DNA of 64,000 nt, taken from NCBI RefSeq assembly GCF_036321535.1, contig NC_087436.1:115756001-115820000 (forward strand), in the 5' to 3' direction. The notes below the pieces were generated by a model. It was not told the DNA's origin. It was given only the letters and a program-made list of their open reading frames with translations, and searched no databases. The DNA is from Camelus dromedarius. Lineage: Eukaryota. This document shows positions 38,281 to 51,470 of the stretch, piece by piece. Positions within the stretch are counted from its first letter, which is position 1, and every line of letters begins with the position of its first letter. The translations under genes were made by a program, and so were the position numbers.

Positions 38281-39652
38281 TACTGATTGCATTCAACAAA
38301 ATAAGGGCTCAAAACTAAAAATTGCCAAGTAGGTAAAGAAATTGGTCATAATGAGTGATAATAAGAAAAAATAATAAAGAACATATTTAAGCCTCCCTGA
38401 GGAATTCAGGTATTGGAATTACCAGATACAAAATACAGTTGTTGTGTTAAAAGGTTAAGAAGGGGGAGCGGCCACGATGGCAAAGCAGGAAGACCACGAC
38501 TCTTTTCATCCCATGGGCGCACACATTATAAGTAACTATTTAAAGAGCAATTGTTGAAGACAAAAACCAGAAGACTACCAGGAAGGACCTTCTACAACTA
38601 AAGATATAAAGAAGAAACCAAGCCAAGATCATTAGGAGGGGTGGAGATACAATGTAGTCAAGGATCATACCGCTGGGTGGGTGACCCCCCAGAAAGGAGG
38701 ATAATTACAATTGTAGAAGCCCTACCCAAGGATCCAGGGGTCCAAGCCCCACATTGTGCTCCCTAGCCTGGGAGTCCTGCACCAGAGAAACAGACCCTCA
38801 GAATGTTTGGATTGGAAGGGCAGAGGGGCTTACTTTTGGGAGAGCTAGAGGGCTGTGAGAAATAGACTCCACTCTTATAAGAAGCACAGACAATCTCACT
38901 CATCCAATTGTCCTGGGTACCAGCTCCATCCACCAGTGGGCCAACACCAGCTTCAGGGCATCATGGATCTGTAGCCAGCTGTGTGAGAAACTGGTGACCA
39001 GCAGGCTCACACAAGCTCTAGCAACCCCAGCGCCCTGTATTTGGAGACCTCAGGGACCAAGCTTCATCCACATTGAGCTGGTTCTATCCCAGGAGCCCCA
39101 GTGCACCAGCTTCCCCCAGCAGCAGGCCAACACTAGCACTGAGACACCTTAGATCTCTCAGTCAGCTATTTGGGGATATGGTCTCACATACCACTGGGCC
39201 AACATCAGTTTGGGGACACCCCAAACCCCATAGCCAGGCCTGTGAGGAACTGGGCCTGCTCATCAGGAGGTGAACACTGGATCCAGTGCCCCCAGCCCTG
39301 CAGCCACCCACATGAGAACCCAGCTCCATATGCTAGTGGGCCAACATTAGCCCCAGGACACCCCAGGACTTCACAGCCAGCAGCCTCCTGACTTAGACCC
39401 ACTCATCAGTGCTTGGCAGCCTCCTACAAGGCAGAGACTGGCAACCAATCTGACCGGGGCAGCCATGCCTACCAGACTGCCCATAGTAGTCAATCTGCCA
39501 CAGCAGAAGGACTCACACAGTCCACATAGGGCACCACCCTAGAGCATGTAGCTCTGGGGACCAGACAGGCATTAGCTACTGGGATGTGGCGACATCTCCT
39601 ACAAAAGGCCAGTTATCTAAGGTGGGAAATATAACCAACCAAGTCTTGCAAA

Positions 39653-40502
39653 ATGAGGTGACAGATGAATATGTTCCAAATGAAGGAACAAGATAAAATC
39701 CCAGAAGGAGAACTTAGTGAAGTGACAATAGGCAATCAACCTGATAAAAATTAAAGGTAATCGTCATAAAGATACTTAAAAAATGTGGGAGATGATTGGA
39801 TAAATAGAGTGAGAAGTTAGAAGATTTTAACAAAGAGTTAGAATAATAAAAAGGAACCAAAGAGAGATGAAGAATACAATAGCTGAAATAAAAATATACA
39901 CTGGAGGCAATCAACAGGTGATAGAAAAGAACAAATCAGTGAGCTACAAGAAAGAGTAGTGGAAATTACTGAAGCTGAAAAGAAAAAAAGAAAAAGAAAT
40001 GAAGATAGTTGAGAGACATGTTGGACAATATCAAGGATTCTAGCACTCACGTTATAGAGGTTCCACAAGGAGAAGAGAGAGTGAAAGGGGTAGAGGACAT
40101 ACTTGAAGACATAACAGCTGAAAATTTTCCAAACCTGGCAAAGGAAAAAGACATCTAGGTCCAGGAAGCACAGAGAATCTTAAAAAGGATCAACACAAAT
40201 AAAAATGAAAAAAATTTAAAGATAAAGACAGAATATTAAAAGCAGAGGAGAAGAGCAGCAAGTTATGTCCAAGGGCATTCCCATAAGGTTATAAGTTGAC
40301 TTTTCAGAAGAAGCTCTGCAGGGAGGGAGTGGCACAATGTATTTAAATTGATGAAAAGGGAAAACCTATAACCAAGACTACTCTACCCAGTAAACTTTCT
40401 CCCAGATTTAATGGAGAGACCAAGAATTTAGATAAGCAAAACCTGAAAGAGCTCAGCACCACCAAATCAGTTCTGCAAGAAATGTTAACAGGACTTCTCT
40501 AC
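39653..40502 (+). pseudogene. Decayed L1 ORF1p coding region
   Basis: atgaggtgacagatgaatatgttccaaatgaaggaacaag...ataacagctgaaaattttccaaacctg...ctgcaagaaatgttaacaggacttctc; multiple stops and frameshifts. Confidence 0.8.
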
Positions 40503-40968
40503 AAAAAAAGAAAAGCCGCAATTGTAAAAAAGAAAATTATGAGAGAAAAATCTCCTATGTAAAGGCGTTTACACAGTAAAGGTGTAAAGCTAGTAGAATG
40601 CATAAAAGGCAAAACTAGTAAAATCAGCAATATCTACAATGAGTAGTTAAGGACACACAAAGCAAAAACCACATAAAAAATGACATCGAAAACAGTAAAC
40701 ATGTTGGGGGGAAGTAATTATGCAGGGTTTCTAAAATGCATTTGAATGTAAGAGATTAGCATCTTAAAATATTCACATTGATATGTGCATCGCTATATAT
40801 AAACCTCATGGTAACAAAAAATGAAAATATATGGTAGATATATACACACAAAGAGAAAAAGGAATCCAAACTTAATAATAAAGGTAGTCACCAGATCATA
40901 TGGGAAGAGAACTAAGGAACAAGGAAGGAACAAAAAATAGCTACAGAACAATTCAAAAACAATTAACA

Positions 40969-41306
40969 CAAGTCTGTATTCTATGTCTGAGTCTGTTTCT
41001 GTTTTATATATAAGTTCATTTGTCATTTTTTTTTTTTTGGCCGGGGGGAGGAGGGTGGGAATGGATAAACTGGGAGTTCAATATTTGCAGATACTGATTG
41101 GTATATAAAATAGATAAACAAGTTTATACTGTATAGCACAGGGAAATACATTCAATATCTTGTAGTAGCTTATGGTGAAAAAGAATCCAAAAATGGATAT
41201 ATATATATCCATGTATGACATTGTACTGTACACAGGAAATTGACACAACGTTGTAAACTGATTATACCTCAACAAAAAAATAATAAAAAATAGACAAAAA
41301 CAAAAA
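40969..41306 (+). mobile_element. Short young L1 3'UTR insertion with 5' inversion, inside the older L1
   Basis: 40969-41038 is reverse-strand L1 3'UTR; 41039-41306 is sense 3'UTR plus A tail; diverged TSD aaaaacaattaaca / gaaaagaattaata. Confidence 0.85.
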
Positions 41307-41422
41307 GAAAAGAATTAATAAAAAGGCAATAAGTATATACATATTAAAAATTACTTTAAGTATAAATGAACTTAGTGTTCCAATGAAAAGACATAAAGTA
41401 GCTAATGTATGCAAAAATAAGA

Positions 41423-41825
41423 TATATATATATATATATATATACGTATATATAGAGATATGTATTCTTTTTCAGATTCTTTTCCATTATAGGTTATTAT
41501 AAGATAATGATACAGTTTCCTGTGCTCTACAGTAGGACCTTGTTGTTTATCTATTTTATGTATAATAGTTTGTATTGGTTAATCCTAAACTCCAAATGCA
41601 TTCCCCCTCTTCCCCTTTGGTAAACTTAAGTTTGTTTTCTATGTCTGTGAGTCTACTTCTGTTTTGTAAATAAGTTTATTTGTATCATTTTTCTAGATCC
41701 CACATATAAGTAATATCATATGATATTTCTCTTTCTCTGACTTCATTTAGTATGATAATCTCTAGGTCCATCCATGTTGCCACAAATGGCATCATTTCCT
41801 TCTTTTTCATGGTTAAGTAGTATTC

Positions 41826-41890
<65 letters not shown>

Positions 41891-42117
41891 CACACCACAT
41901 CTTCTTTACCCAATCATCTGTCAATGGACACTTAGGTTGCTTCCATGTCTTGGCTATTGTAAATAGTGCTGCTATGAACTGTGGGGTGCATATATCTTTT
42001 CAAGTTAGAGTTCCCTCTGGATGTATACCCAGGAGTGGGATTGCTGGATCATATGGTATGCTTTTGAAGGAACCTCCATATTGTTGTCCACAGTGGTTGC
42101 ACCAATTTGCATTCCCA
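41423..42117 (-). mobile_element. Young L1 3' fragment lacking its terminal tail
   Basis: ORF 41685-41924(-) [30 protein letters not shown] matches the ORF2 C-terminus; begins at (TA)n. Confidence 0.9.
41828..41885. repeat. Perfect (GT)n microsatellite, about 28-29 units
   Basis: Uninterrupted gt run inside the L1. Confidence 0.97.
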
Positions 42118-42290
42118 TCTGGTGGCTCTTTTATAAGAATAATAATTCCATCATAAGGGCCTCACCCTCATAAGCTCATCTAAAACTAATTGTCTCCCAA
42201 AGGCCCCCCTTCCAAATACCATCACAGTGGAGGCTTGGGGATTCAACAAATGCTTTTGAGAGGAGGGCAGCACAATTCGGCCCATAACGA
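42118..42290 (-). mobile_element. MaLR LTR (MLT1A-like), 5' half only
   Basis: gggcctcaccctcataagctcatctaaaactaattgtctcccaaaggcccc..ccaaataccatcaca..cacaattcggcccataac. Confidence 0.75.
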
Positions 42291-45204
42291 TATAAGAAAA
42301 ATATTACCATCTTGGTAGATACACAAGCAGTAACTATTAACAGCAGAAACTTCTTCAAAGCCACAAAATCATAGGTAATACATGTGGGACATCAAACACA
42401 AGCGTTCTCTTCCAGAATCTGTTTGATTTCTCTTTCTGGAACTGGCTCTTGTTCCTCTGACTCTTTTTTTTTTTTCCCTCTTACATACACAGATCATTTT
42501 ATGTAAAAAAGATTATACCATTGCTCTTCCACTCAAAAATAGGTTATGGGCTTCTTTCCAAGTCAATGTAAAAACCAAATATGCATCAAGTTTTGTACAG
42601 GCTGCAGAGTATTCCATTAGTTGAATAACCATCATTTATACAACCTATCCAATATGGAGGCACATTTAGCTTGTTTCCATTGCTTTGATTAACAAAACTG
42701 AGATGAATATCCTTGTACATTCATCTTTGTAGTACTGCTAAATTACCGCCTTAGGAAAAGGTTCTAAAGTGTAGTAGCTTTACCAAAGCGATGGGCACTG
42801 CGTTTCAAATGATTTATTTTCCCTTTTTCTCTTTGAAATTACATGCTCTTCTTTTTCTGAAGAGATGTGTTTTTTCCCTGCCAAAAAAAGGGGACCAAGC
42901 TAAATCCCTTCCTACTTCACCTCGAACATACAATTCTATTATTTTCTAATTTACGATCATTATTTATTTAGAGAAAGCTAGAGCCCTATTTACATCTTTC
43001 CTCATGCCATCCTTTTTAAAACCAGTGTTAATATAATATAGTATTAGATTGATTTTTTAAGGACTATCTTGCTTCTCTCAGCTTTATTAAATTTACTTTG
43101 AATTATGAAAGTAATATATCCTTTCTGTAATAAGTTGCACTATCGAAGTATAAATTAACCTAAATGTAAGTGTTGGCCCCTAACAGAAGGGCTGCTGCAC
43201 GTTGGCCAGGGGTGACACTTTTTCTCCATCCTCTACCTAGACTCACCAGCAAAGGGAGAAACCTTCCTTTATTTGTTCGGCCTCCCTCCCCAATTTTTTT
43301 TGTTTTAATTTTTAGTTTTTTATTCCAGAGTAGGAATTTGCATGTTGTTGGGGTAATCTTATGTTCTGAACATGTAACACTTTTGGCATGAGGCTGTGTT
43401 GTCTCAGAAAGAAGATGTATGCAGTTTTAAAGGTGGACTTGCTCAAATATAGGAATGCCTGGGGAGTTTCTGAGGGATGACAGCGAGCAAACTGCAGTCA
43501 AACACCGTAGTTCCAGACTGGGCCGACATGACCGCTGGGTGATTCTGGACACTGGGCCCCAGCATTGAGGCCGTGAGAACCCAGTGGAGGCCCCTCTGGT
43601 GCAATAAATAAAGGATTTGGAGATGTCTGGAGCCTTAAGAAATGTATTATATGGCACAAGCCGTGATCCCTCTTCTTTTTCCTGGACCCTGTGAGTCCAG
43701 GGATGGGGAGAAGGCCCTAAACATGTCTGATCTTGAATTTCTTTTCATCCTTGGGTAGTGGAGACACTAAACAAATTGAATTTTGTTATTTTTTTTTTAA
43801 TTTAAAAAATGTAGCACTATTGCCCCATGTCTATCATGGAATGTTTGATGCTGGAGATACTGATTGCTTCATTCAGGGTTTCTCTGCTCAGAACATTATT
43901 TCGGAACCAGCTGGTAAACACATTTTGAGAAAAAGAGCATGTCTTTGATGATGGTGGAGCAGAAAAGGACCCTGCCAGCTCCTATATAAAACAGCACCTC
44001 TTGTTTTCTTGGCAACTGTAGCTATCTGAGTGTTTGATTTAGATGCATTTGCCCCTTTGTTTATCGTTCTCTCTTCGGAATGAGGATGTCAATCCATGAT
44101 GGCAGGGACTTGGCTTTCTTTACCGTATTTGCTGCGCCTAGAAAAATTCCAAAGGCATAGTAAATACTCAGCAAGTGCCTTCTGAATAAGTAAACACATC
44201 TGAATCAGGGCTCCTCAAGATATCAATATCTGAGTTGCCGTATCAAAAATGTGTACATCTAGGACAAATAGGACATGCTTTTCTACAAAGGTAGATGTTA
44301 TGACCTCTGAGACATACAACATTTGACTTCTCCACTTCTCCTCAAATCTAGAAACCCTTATTTTCCTTCCCTGCAGCCAGTCAGAGTGTCCTGAGCAAAG
44401 ACCCTGCCTAAGAGCTCAGACTTGGAGCCCGGCCTCAGCAGCCGTCTTCCCCCTCCTCTGAGCCCGATGCATCTGTTCATCCTTCCTTTCCTTTTAGAAG
44501 GAAACGCTGCAGATAAATACTACACACACAGAGGTGCACCGTAGCCTTGCTATAATATCACTGTTTCTATTAAGGCTCCTAGGAAACATACCCATGTTCA
44601 CATAATGAAAATGCCTCTGCTCTTCTTTATTAAGAAACCGTTTTATCTGCTTCCTAAGCCTTGTGCTTAGAGAGAAAGTCGTCAGCCCTTGTTTTCCCCC
44701 AGCTTTTGTTATTTGCTTTCTTGTGCATTATTTAACGTTCTTACTGAAATACAGGGATTTCTCCAAGTTTTGCTCTCATCCCCCCCCCCCCCAGAAAAAT
44801 ACCCACTCAATGCAACTGCCTGCTACCCAAGGCCTTCTTTCTTAATAAGCTGCTTTGGGATGACGCCTCCTTTTCATGGCAGATGCCACCAAAAAGGAAT
44901 TCCCCCACTGCTTTTATTCCAACTACAGTTACTTGCGTTACGAATTCTTTTGCTCCATAAGGCTTCGGCTGCAGGAAGTGAAGCTCTCTGTTCACTCCCT
45001 TGCTGAGATGTTGCTATTTAACTCTCATTCCCTTGGGCAGGTATCCTCATTGGATACCTTCATGCGTATCATAGACACAGTACACATTTGCCAAATGAAA
45101 GTCAAATGAGAGAACTTGCCTTTGGACTCTGAATCCCTTGAAAGTTATTGTTTTCTTTCTTTTTTTTTAAAACAAAATGATCTCCCCTTGCTTTTCCCAG
45201 TAGT

Positions 45205-45242
45205 TAAATGTCCAGTTTAACTCTAAATGTCCACTTTAACTC
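45205..45242. repeat. 19-bp tandem duplication (1 mismatch)
   Basis: taaatgtccagtttaactc / taaatgtccactttaactc. Confidence 0.9.
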
Positions 45243-46489
45243 AGCTTCTTACCCTATGTCAGCAAACACTGGTTGAACATGAAGTAGAAGATGCACACTT
45301 GAATAGGTCTGGCTAGGCAGATGCACGCCCCACTTTCCTTATTGATTTAGATAATATACTTTCAGTAAAACCAAAATAGGATATTAGCCAAAAGTTTTTT
45401 TTTCTTTTTTTTTTAAAGTAATGCAGACCAGTAATGTATTGGAGGTGAGCTGTATGTCAACAGACAATTACAGCACAGAGTTGTAAATATCATGCGTTTG
45501 TAGTAAAGACAAAGAAGACATCAGGCTTCAGGACTCGAGTCATCCCTTCATTTCTGAGTTCTTTTAGACTTTTAAAGTGGTAACTTTCTTTCATGGAAAC
45601 AACCAGACTCTGGGAATGGAAACACTGCTTCTGGTTGCAGAGTAAATGCCTGTGTCATGATCTGTCTCTCAGCCACGTGGGAGCCCCAGCGAGGTGCAGA
45701 ACTCTGCAGTTGGCGACCATGCCTCTTGACCTGCTAAGAATTATGTCCCCTGATCTCCACGAACTCCAGACTGTCAGCTGACCTCCAGGGAATGCCTAAA
45801 ATAAACCCATTCAAAGAAATGGTTATTATAAATAACTCTTTTTCCTTTCCTTTGACTTTGCACAAGTCACCCTACATTATTCAGGCACTGAATATCCACA
45901 CTGAATTATTCAGTCCTCCACCGCCTCCTCTCCCTCTGCGAGTCTGACTTTTGCCCTTTTCCAAGTCATTAGAAATTTCACCCAGGTGGACAAAGAAAGG
46001 GAATCAAGATTAAAGGTTTGATGTATCCATGTCTTTTAATAGGAGATCTGTGCTGATAAAGTGCTGATATTTTGGATAACAAATCACAATTTTTAATTAT
46101 ATGTAATGGATAAAACGATGTGGTAAAACTAATCAAATGAACAGTAACAGTGTTTAAGGTTTTCATTCAACAGGGTCTTATTATGTGTTGTGTGTCAAGC
46201 ACCAAAACAGATGCTCTTAATATAGTGTTGATTAATAATAATAATTATAGTATTAATAAACAGTAACATCCTTCAGAATTTTACATTCTAGTCAAAGAAA
46301 ACAAGTGCAAACATAAACAAGTAAGTATGAGAAGTTTAGGTAATTACATGTGCTAAGCAGAATAGTGGGCTAGTGCTGAAATGAGGGAATTTCTTTAATA
46401 CTGGGGTAAATATAATGTTCTACCTTGAGGTGCAAATGCTCAATAGAACAATTAAAGAATACATGTGCCCCCACTCAGCAGCAGGTCAT

Positions 46490-47075
46490 ATAAAAATTAA
46501 ACATAACATCACCATATAACCTAGCAATTCCACTTTTAGGTATACACCCAACAAAAATTGAAAACATTTATTTACACAAAGACATGCTCAGAAATATTCA
46601 CAGAACCAATATTCATAGCCAAAAAGTGGAAACAAGTGGAAATATTCATCAGCCAATTGACTGATAACTCATAAGCACCATATGATGTAGCCACACAATG
46701 GAATACTATCTAGCCGTGAAAAATGAAGGCATTACTGACAGATGCTACAACACGGATGAACATTGAGAATATGATGCCAAGTGAAAAAAGGCAGACACAA
46801 AACTTCACATGCTGCATGATCCCACTTATATGAAATGTCCAGAACAGCTAAATTTGTAGATAGAAATTAGATTAGAGGTTGCCAGAGGCTGGGAGGAAGA
46901 GGGATGGAGAATGACTGCAAATGAGTATGAGAATTATTTTTGTTGTGATTGAAAACATCCTGAAATCAGTGATATCAGTGATGGTTGAACATTCTTGTGG
47001 ATATACTAGAACCCACTGAATCGTGTACTTTAAAAGGATAAATGTTATGATACGTGAATTATATCTCAATAAAAG
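46490..47075 (+). mobile_element. Old L1 (L1MB-type) 3' end
   Basis: ccatataacctagcaattccacttttaggtata...aatggaatactatc...gaggttgccagaggctggg...tatatctcaataaaa. Confidence 0.85.
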
Positions 47076-49829
47076 AGAACCTAATGATGTCTGTGTCTGC
47101 CTGCTAAAAAATAATCTTTCCCAAACCAAATTCTCTTCAGGTTACCTACCAGTTAGAAATAACAACTCCTCTGGACCTATAGGATCAAATTCAAGCCCAT
47201 GTGGTCAACACACATGTCGTTTGTTATCTGGCCTTTGCCTAAGTCCCCAGTCTCATCTCCCGTCGTTTCTGTTCACCACTTCCTTGGGGCATAATAAAAA
47301 ATAGTTGCCTTTGCAATTATAAATAATGTTGCTGTTAAAAATGGGGTGTATGTATCTTTTTGAATTCTTATTTTGTGGTTGTCTTTATTCCTTTGATAAC
47401 CATGTATGTTTAAAAAGCTAAAGCTCTGAACATTCTTAGAAACAATGAACAGTACATATATGTAAATTAAAAATATGTGCAATATATTGTGTATATGTAT
47501 TTACATGCAATAGATTGTATATGTGCACTCAAATGGTAACAAGTCTACCTAATAAAACTGAAAAATGAAGAAAAAATACTTGCCTTTATTTCTCTACATC
47601 ATGAGCTCTTCTGCAGTTTATACCTCTCAACTCAAGGTTTTTGGAATTGCCCGCCCTCCTCTCCATCTTCACCTAGTTAACAGTACCTGTCCTCCAAAAT
47701 AGAATGCAAACATGGCCATATTTGAGGTGGCCTTTCTTCAGAGCCCCCACACCAATCTAGAAATGCTTGTCTTATGGTTCCATGGAGTCCTCCATATAAC
47801 CAAGACCTTTTCCAAACTACATGATGAATTTCTGCTTATCCGTCTGTCTCCTGCCTTACACAGTATGGTTTGTGAGAACAGAGGCCATTAACACCTTCCT
47901 TTATGTGCCCTCGGCGCTTGTCAGAGTGAGTGAGTGTTCAGGAAGACGGTTGTGGCTTGAATATGAATAACAGGTTAACTTTCAAGCCAAAGAAATGAAT
48001 GAAGTCTATTCCAGGTACTGTAAATATAATAATCTGCTTTCTTCCACCATCAAGTCTTGAGTTATATTGTTTTCTCAGACTTTCTGTGCCTTATGATCTA
48101 AGCATTCTGCAAAGTGCAGCTCAAATAATCTCTCTTCTATGGTCCCTTCCAGTGCTCGGATGCAAATTAATCACACACACCCCAGCTTTTAGTCTTGCCT
48201 CGCCAAACCTCTATTTGGAACTTCTTTCATTTAACCTTCAAACATGGTCACATTTGTGCCTCCCTCAGTGGAGCGAAGGCTCTTCAAAGTGAGTGAGAGA
48301 CAGGGCTTCACTCACGCCAGTTTCTCCCAGGTGTTATACACATAGAAAATTCTCGAAAGCATTGCTGCTCTTGGAGTTAAGCAAATAGAATATAAAGTTT
48401 CTTTTTTTTTTTTTGCAAAAAAGAAGAAAACTAACGATTACCAAGTAAATATATGTGTCAGGCATTTTAAAATATATTGTTTCTCTCCCAGCAGGAATTT
48501 CTTTTCCTCTTATCTATTTGGGAAATATAAATGATTCCTTTGGCATTTAAATTGACTTGGGTTAATAGCTAATCTTTTTTCTTCAATTCCATCTTCTATC
48601 TCTCTCTCTCTCTCTCTCTTTTGTTTTTTTAAACCATGAACATTTTCCATGCTAGGCTCTGGTTGAGAGAGAACAGGATGATCTCACAGCCTTGAGATCA
48701 AATGTCATTTATCACTCTGGAGTGTGGGCTTTCCAGGGCTTTTTGGCAGACAGCACTGTCGTTATAAAGCACCCATTACATTGCTACCAGTGACTCATCT
48801 GCCACAAACTGTTTTACCTCCAGCAAGAGAGTAAAGGGTAAAATCCTCGAGATGTGACAGTGTTTTACGGGCTGGCTCAAGTCCAATATGATCAACTAAG
48901 TTGATATCTGAAGCAAGAAGCAGGTACATACAAGACGGGAGACTGACAGATACAATCGGCTGTCATCTCATCACCAGCTGAACTTGCCTTTGAGGGAAAG
49001 AAAAATGAGTCCGTAATGTTGAAAACTCTGCACGCACCCCCAGCAAACAGCACTGCCTTTTCCTGGAACACCAACGACTTGAAATTACGGGGGGTCTCCT
49101 CCAGATCTGGTCTCCTTCCAGTAAGAATAGCCACTGGGGTTTCAAACCATAGACACTATTTTTTTTTTTTTTGTAATATTGGAACACAGTTGACCTAAAA
49201 TAATTATTGATTCACAGAAACAGGGAAGAGCAAAGGGCACACGCAGCCCCGTGAAGACACGCGAGACTTCGTTTCCTCTCCGACGACGTGGTGGTCTGCC
49301 GGGTGGAGGTCAATGGATGACTCACCATGGGAAAAACAGGAAGATGGAAAGTCAGTGATTTCACTGCCTGATGGTGCAAAATTATAACACACTTTCTGCT
49401 TTATGAAGGAGAGGTCACGTGGCGTTAGTACTCAGTGTTCCTGCCAAAAGCATCAATCCAGATGGGAACATTAATTTCTTTGACCAGATGTGTGACAATG
49501 TCACTCTGAAAGGCGGTTCCAGTGCACTGAACTGACATATATCATCACAGAAAGTGCACAGCTCATAGAATATGTTGAATTAGCGGCTCTCTAGTGAGAG
49601 CGCCATCATTTTGAACCATAAAGAATGTAGGATTTCAGAGCTAAAAAGAGACTTTAGATCTCATGTAGTCTGGAAGTCTCATTTTATTCCAGAGGAAGCG
49701 AAGGCTTTGGGAGGTAAATTTTGCTGCACGAGCTTCTTAAGTTGTGTGTGGCGAAACGGCAAATTCATTCTGGATTGCTAAGCAGACTTCTGTGCTCCGT
49801 GACCTTAACTTCATTTTCATATATTGCTT

Positions 49830-50350
49830 CATTTTTCACTCAACAATTAAGTATGGAGTACCCGTTACATGACAGACGGTGTGCTAGGCATTGGGTGAGC
49901 AGTGCTGAAAAGATAAGCCGGATCCCTGCTTTTGAGTGTGCTTACCTTTTAGTGGTGAGCTTCTGATACACATGAAAAATATTTGACCGAAAATATGCAC
50001 AATGAAGAAAATGCAAGATAGCTTTGGAGACAGCGACCGGAGTGACTCAGTAGTTTTTCGTAGGGTTGCAAAGAAGGGAAGTGCCTTTCCTGTTCATATT
50101 CATAATGACTCTGAAAAGGAGCCAGTGGGGTGATGAAAGATGTTTTTAAAAAGTAGAAATAGCACGTGTGAGGTTTGCATGAACTTGGAGGGGAAGGCAA
50201 ACAGAAAGGTGAATGTAGCTGCAGCGCATGGGCAATGGAAGAGTGGCAGGTGGCCAGCTCCTGCCAGACCCCGTGAGCTGGATTTTATTCTAAGTGCAAT
50301 GAGCAACCGCTGGAGGGATTTACACAAAGGAGCAATAGACTCCGACTGTT
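49830..50350 (-). mobile_element. L2 remnant
   Basis: tcactcaacaatt..ggtgtgctaggcattggg..gattttattctaagtgcaatgag. Confidence 0.6.
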
Positions 50351-50549
50351 AAGCACCTAATTGCACATAGTCTGTCCCACACATGTAATTTTTGAGGCTA
50401 CAGAGCACCCCAGTGGAGGCGATGTAGGGAGCGCCTCGTACCTAATCCTGTACGCAATTAACGTATCACTCAGGTTTCTGTTTGAATCAATGGCAAGGTT
50501 GAGAAAGCTTTAGAAGAAACCTCAGTTAAATGATCAATTCACTAATTTT

Positions 50550-51470
50550 CTTTTAATTAATAGACATTTTTTTTAAAAGACGTTTTAGATTTACAGAATC
50601 GAGCAGATAGTACAAAGAATTCTCAGACACTCCCCTCCCGCCCATGTTTCCTCTATTGTCAGCATCTTGCATCAGTGTGGTGCATATGTTAGAAATGATG
50701 AACCAATGCTGGTACATCATTATTAACTAAAGTTCATAGATTACATTAGGGTTCAAACTTTGTTCAGCTCTATGGGTTTGGACAATGTCACATATTCACC
50801 ATTACAGTATCATATAGAATAGTTCACTGCCCTAAAATTCCACTGCGCTCCATCTTGTCTTTCCTCCTCCCCTCCCCCAAATTCCTGGCAACTTCTAATC
50901 CTGCTGCTGTTTATAGAGTTCGCCTTTTTTGGAGTGTCGTGTAACTGGGATCCTATAGCGTGAAGCCTGACTAAGTCATGTGCATTAAAGTTCCCTCCAT
51001 GTCTTTTCATGGCTTGATAGCTCATTTCTTTTTATTGCTGGGAAATTATTTCAGTGTATGGTTGTGCCACTGTTTGTCTGTTCTTCTTTTGAAGTATATC
51101 TTGGCTGCTTACGGATTTTGGAAATTATGAACAAAGGTGATATATAAGTATTCATGTGCAGTGCTTATGTGGGCACGCAATTTTTAACGCATTTGGATAA
51201 ATGTGAAGGCACGTGATTCCTGGATTGTATAGAAGGAGGATGCTTAGCGCTGTAGGGAACTGCCCAACTGTCCTCTGCAGCGGTGTACCATTTTCTATTC
51301 CCGCCAGCGATGAATGAGGGTTCCTGTTTCTCCACATTCTCACCAACATTTGGTATCGTCAGGTTTTTGTTTACTACGGATTAACCATTCTTGGAGAAGT
51401 GTACCGGCATCTCATTATTTTAGTGTGCAGCTCCCTAATGATATTGAGTATTTTTTGATTCATTTGTTTT
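50550..51470 (-). mobile_element. Old L1 (L1MC-type) 3' end
   Basis: ttttagatttacagaatcgagcagatagtacaaagaattc..gatgaaccaatgctggtacatcattattaactaaag; ORF 51152-51349(-) is ORF2-like. Confidence 0.85.

Larger units (their letters stand above)
38461..41422 (+). mobile_element. 5' half of a formerly full-length L1: 5'UTR, decayed ORF1, inter-ORF region and start of ORF2
   Basis: G-rich start agggggagcggccacgatggc; ORF1 about 39653-40502; ORF2 N-terminal text attactttaagtataaatgaacttagtgttccaatgaaaagaca at about 41350. Confidence 0.88.

Noticed and set aside
38910..39420. CRISPR-like repeat-spacer periodicity
   Set aside because: Mammalian context; whole units are degenerate tandem copies inside an L1 5'UTR, with no unique spacers or cas genes
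38461..40960. Possible HAL1 (ORF1-only element)
   Set aside because: The ORF2 N-terminus is present at about 41325-41420 after a nested insertion, so this is a truncated ordinary L1
41685..42156. THTH / VCVC repeat ORFs
   Set aside because: Translation of the (GT)n microsatellite within an L1
43585..43605. CTCF-like motif (also near 49585 and 62800)
   Set aside because: Each has mismatches at core positions and cannot be supported without PWM scoring or ChIP data
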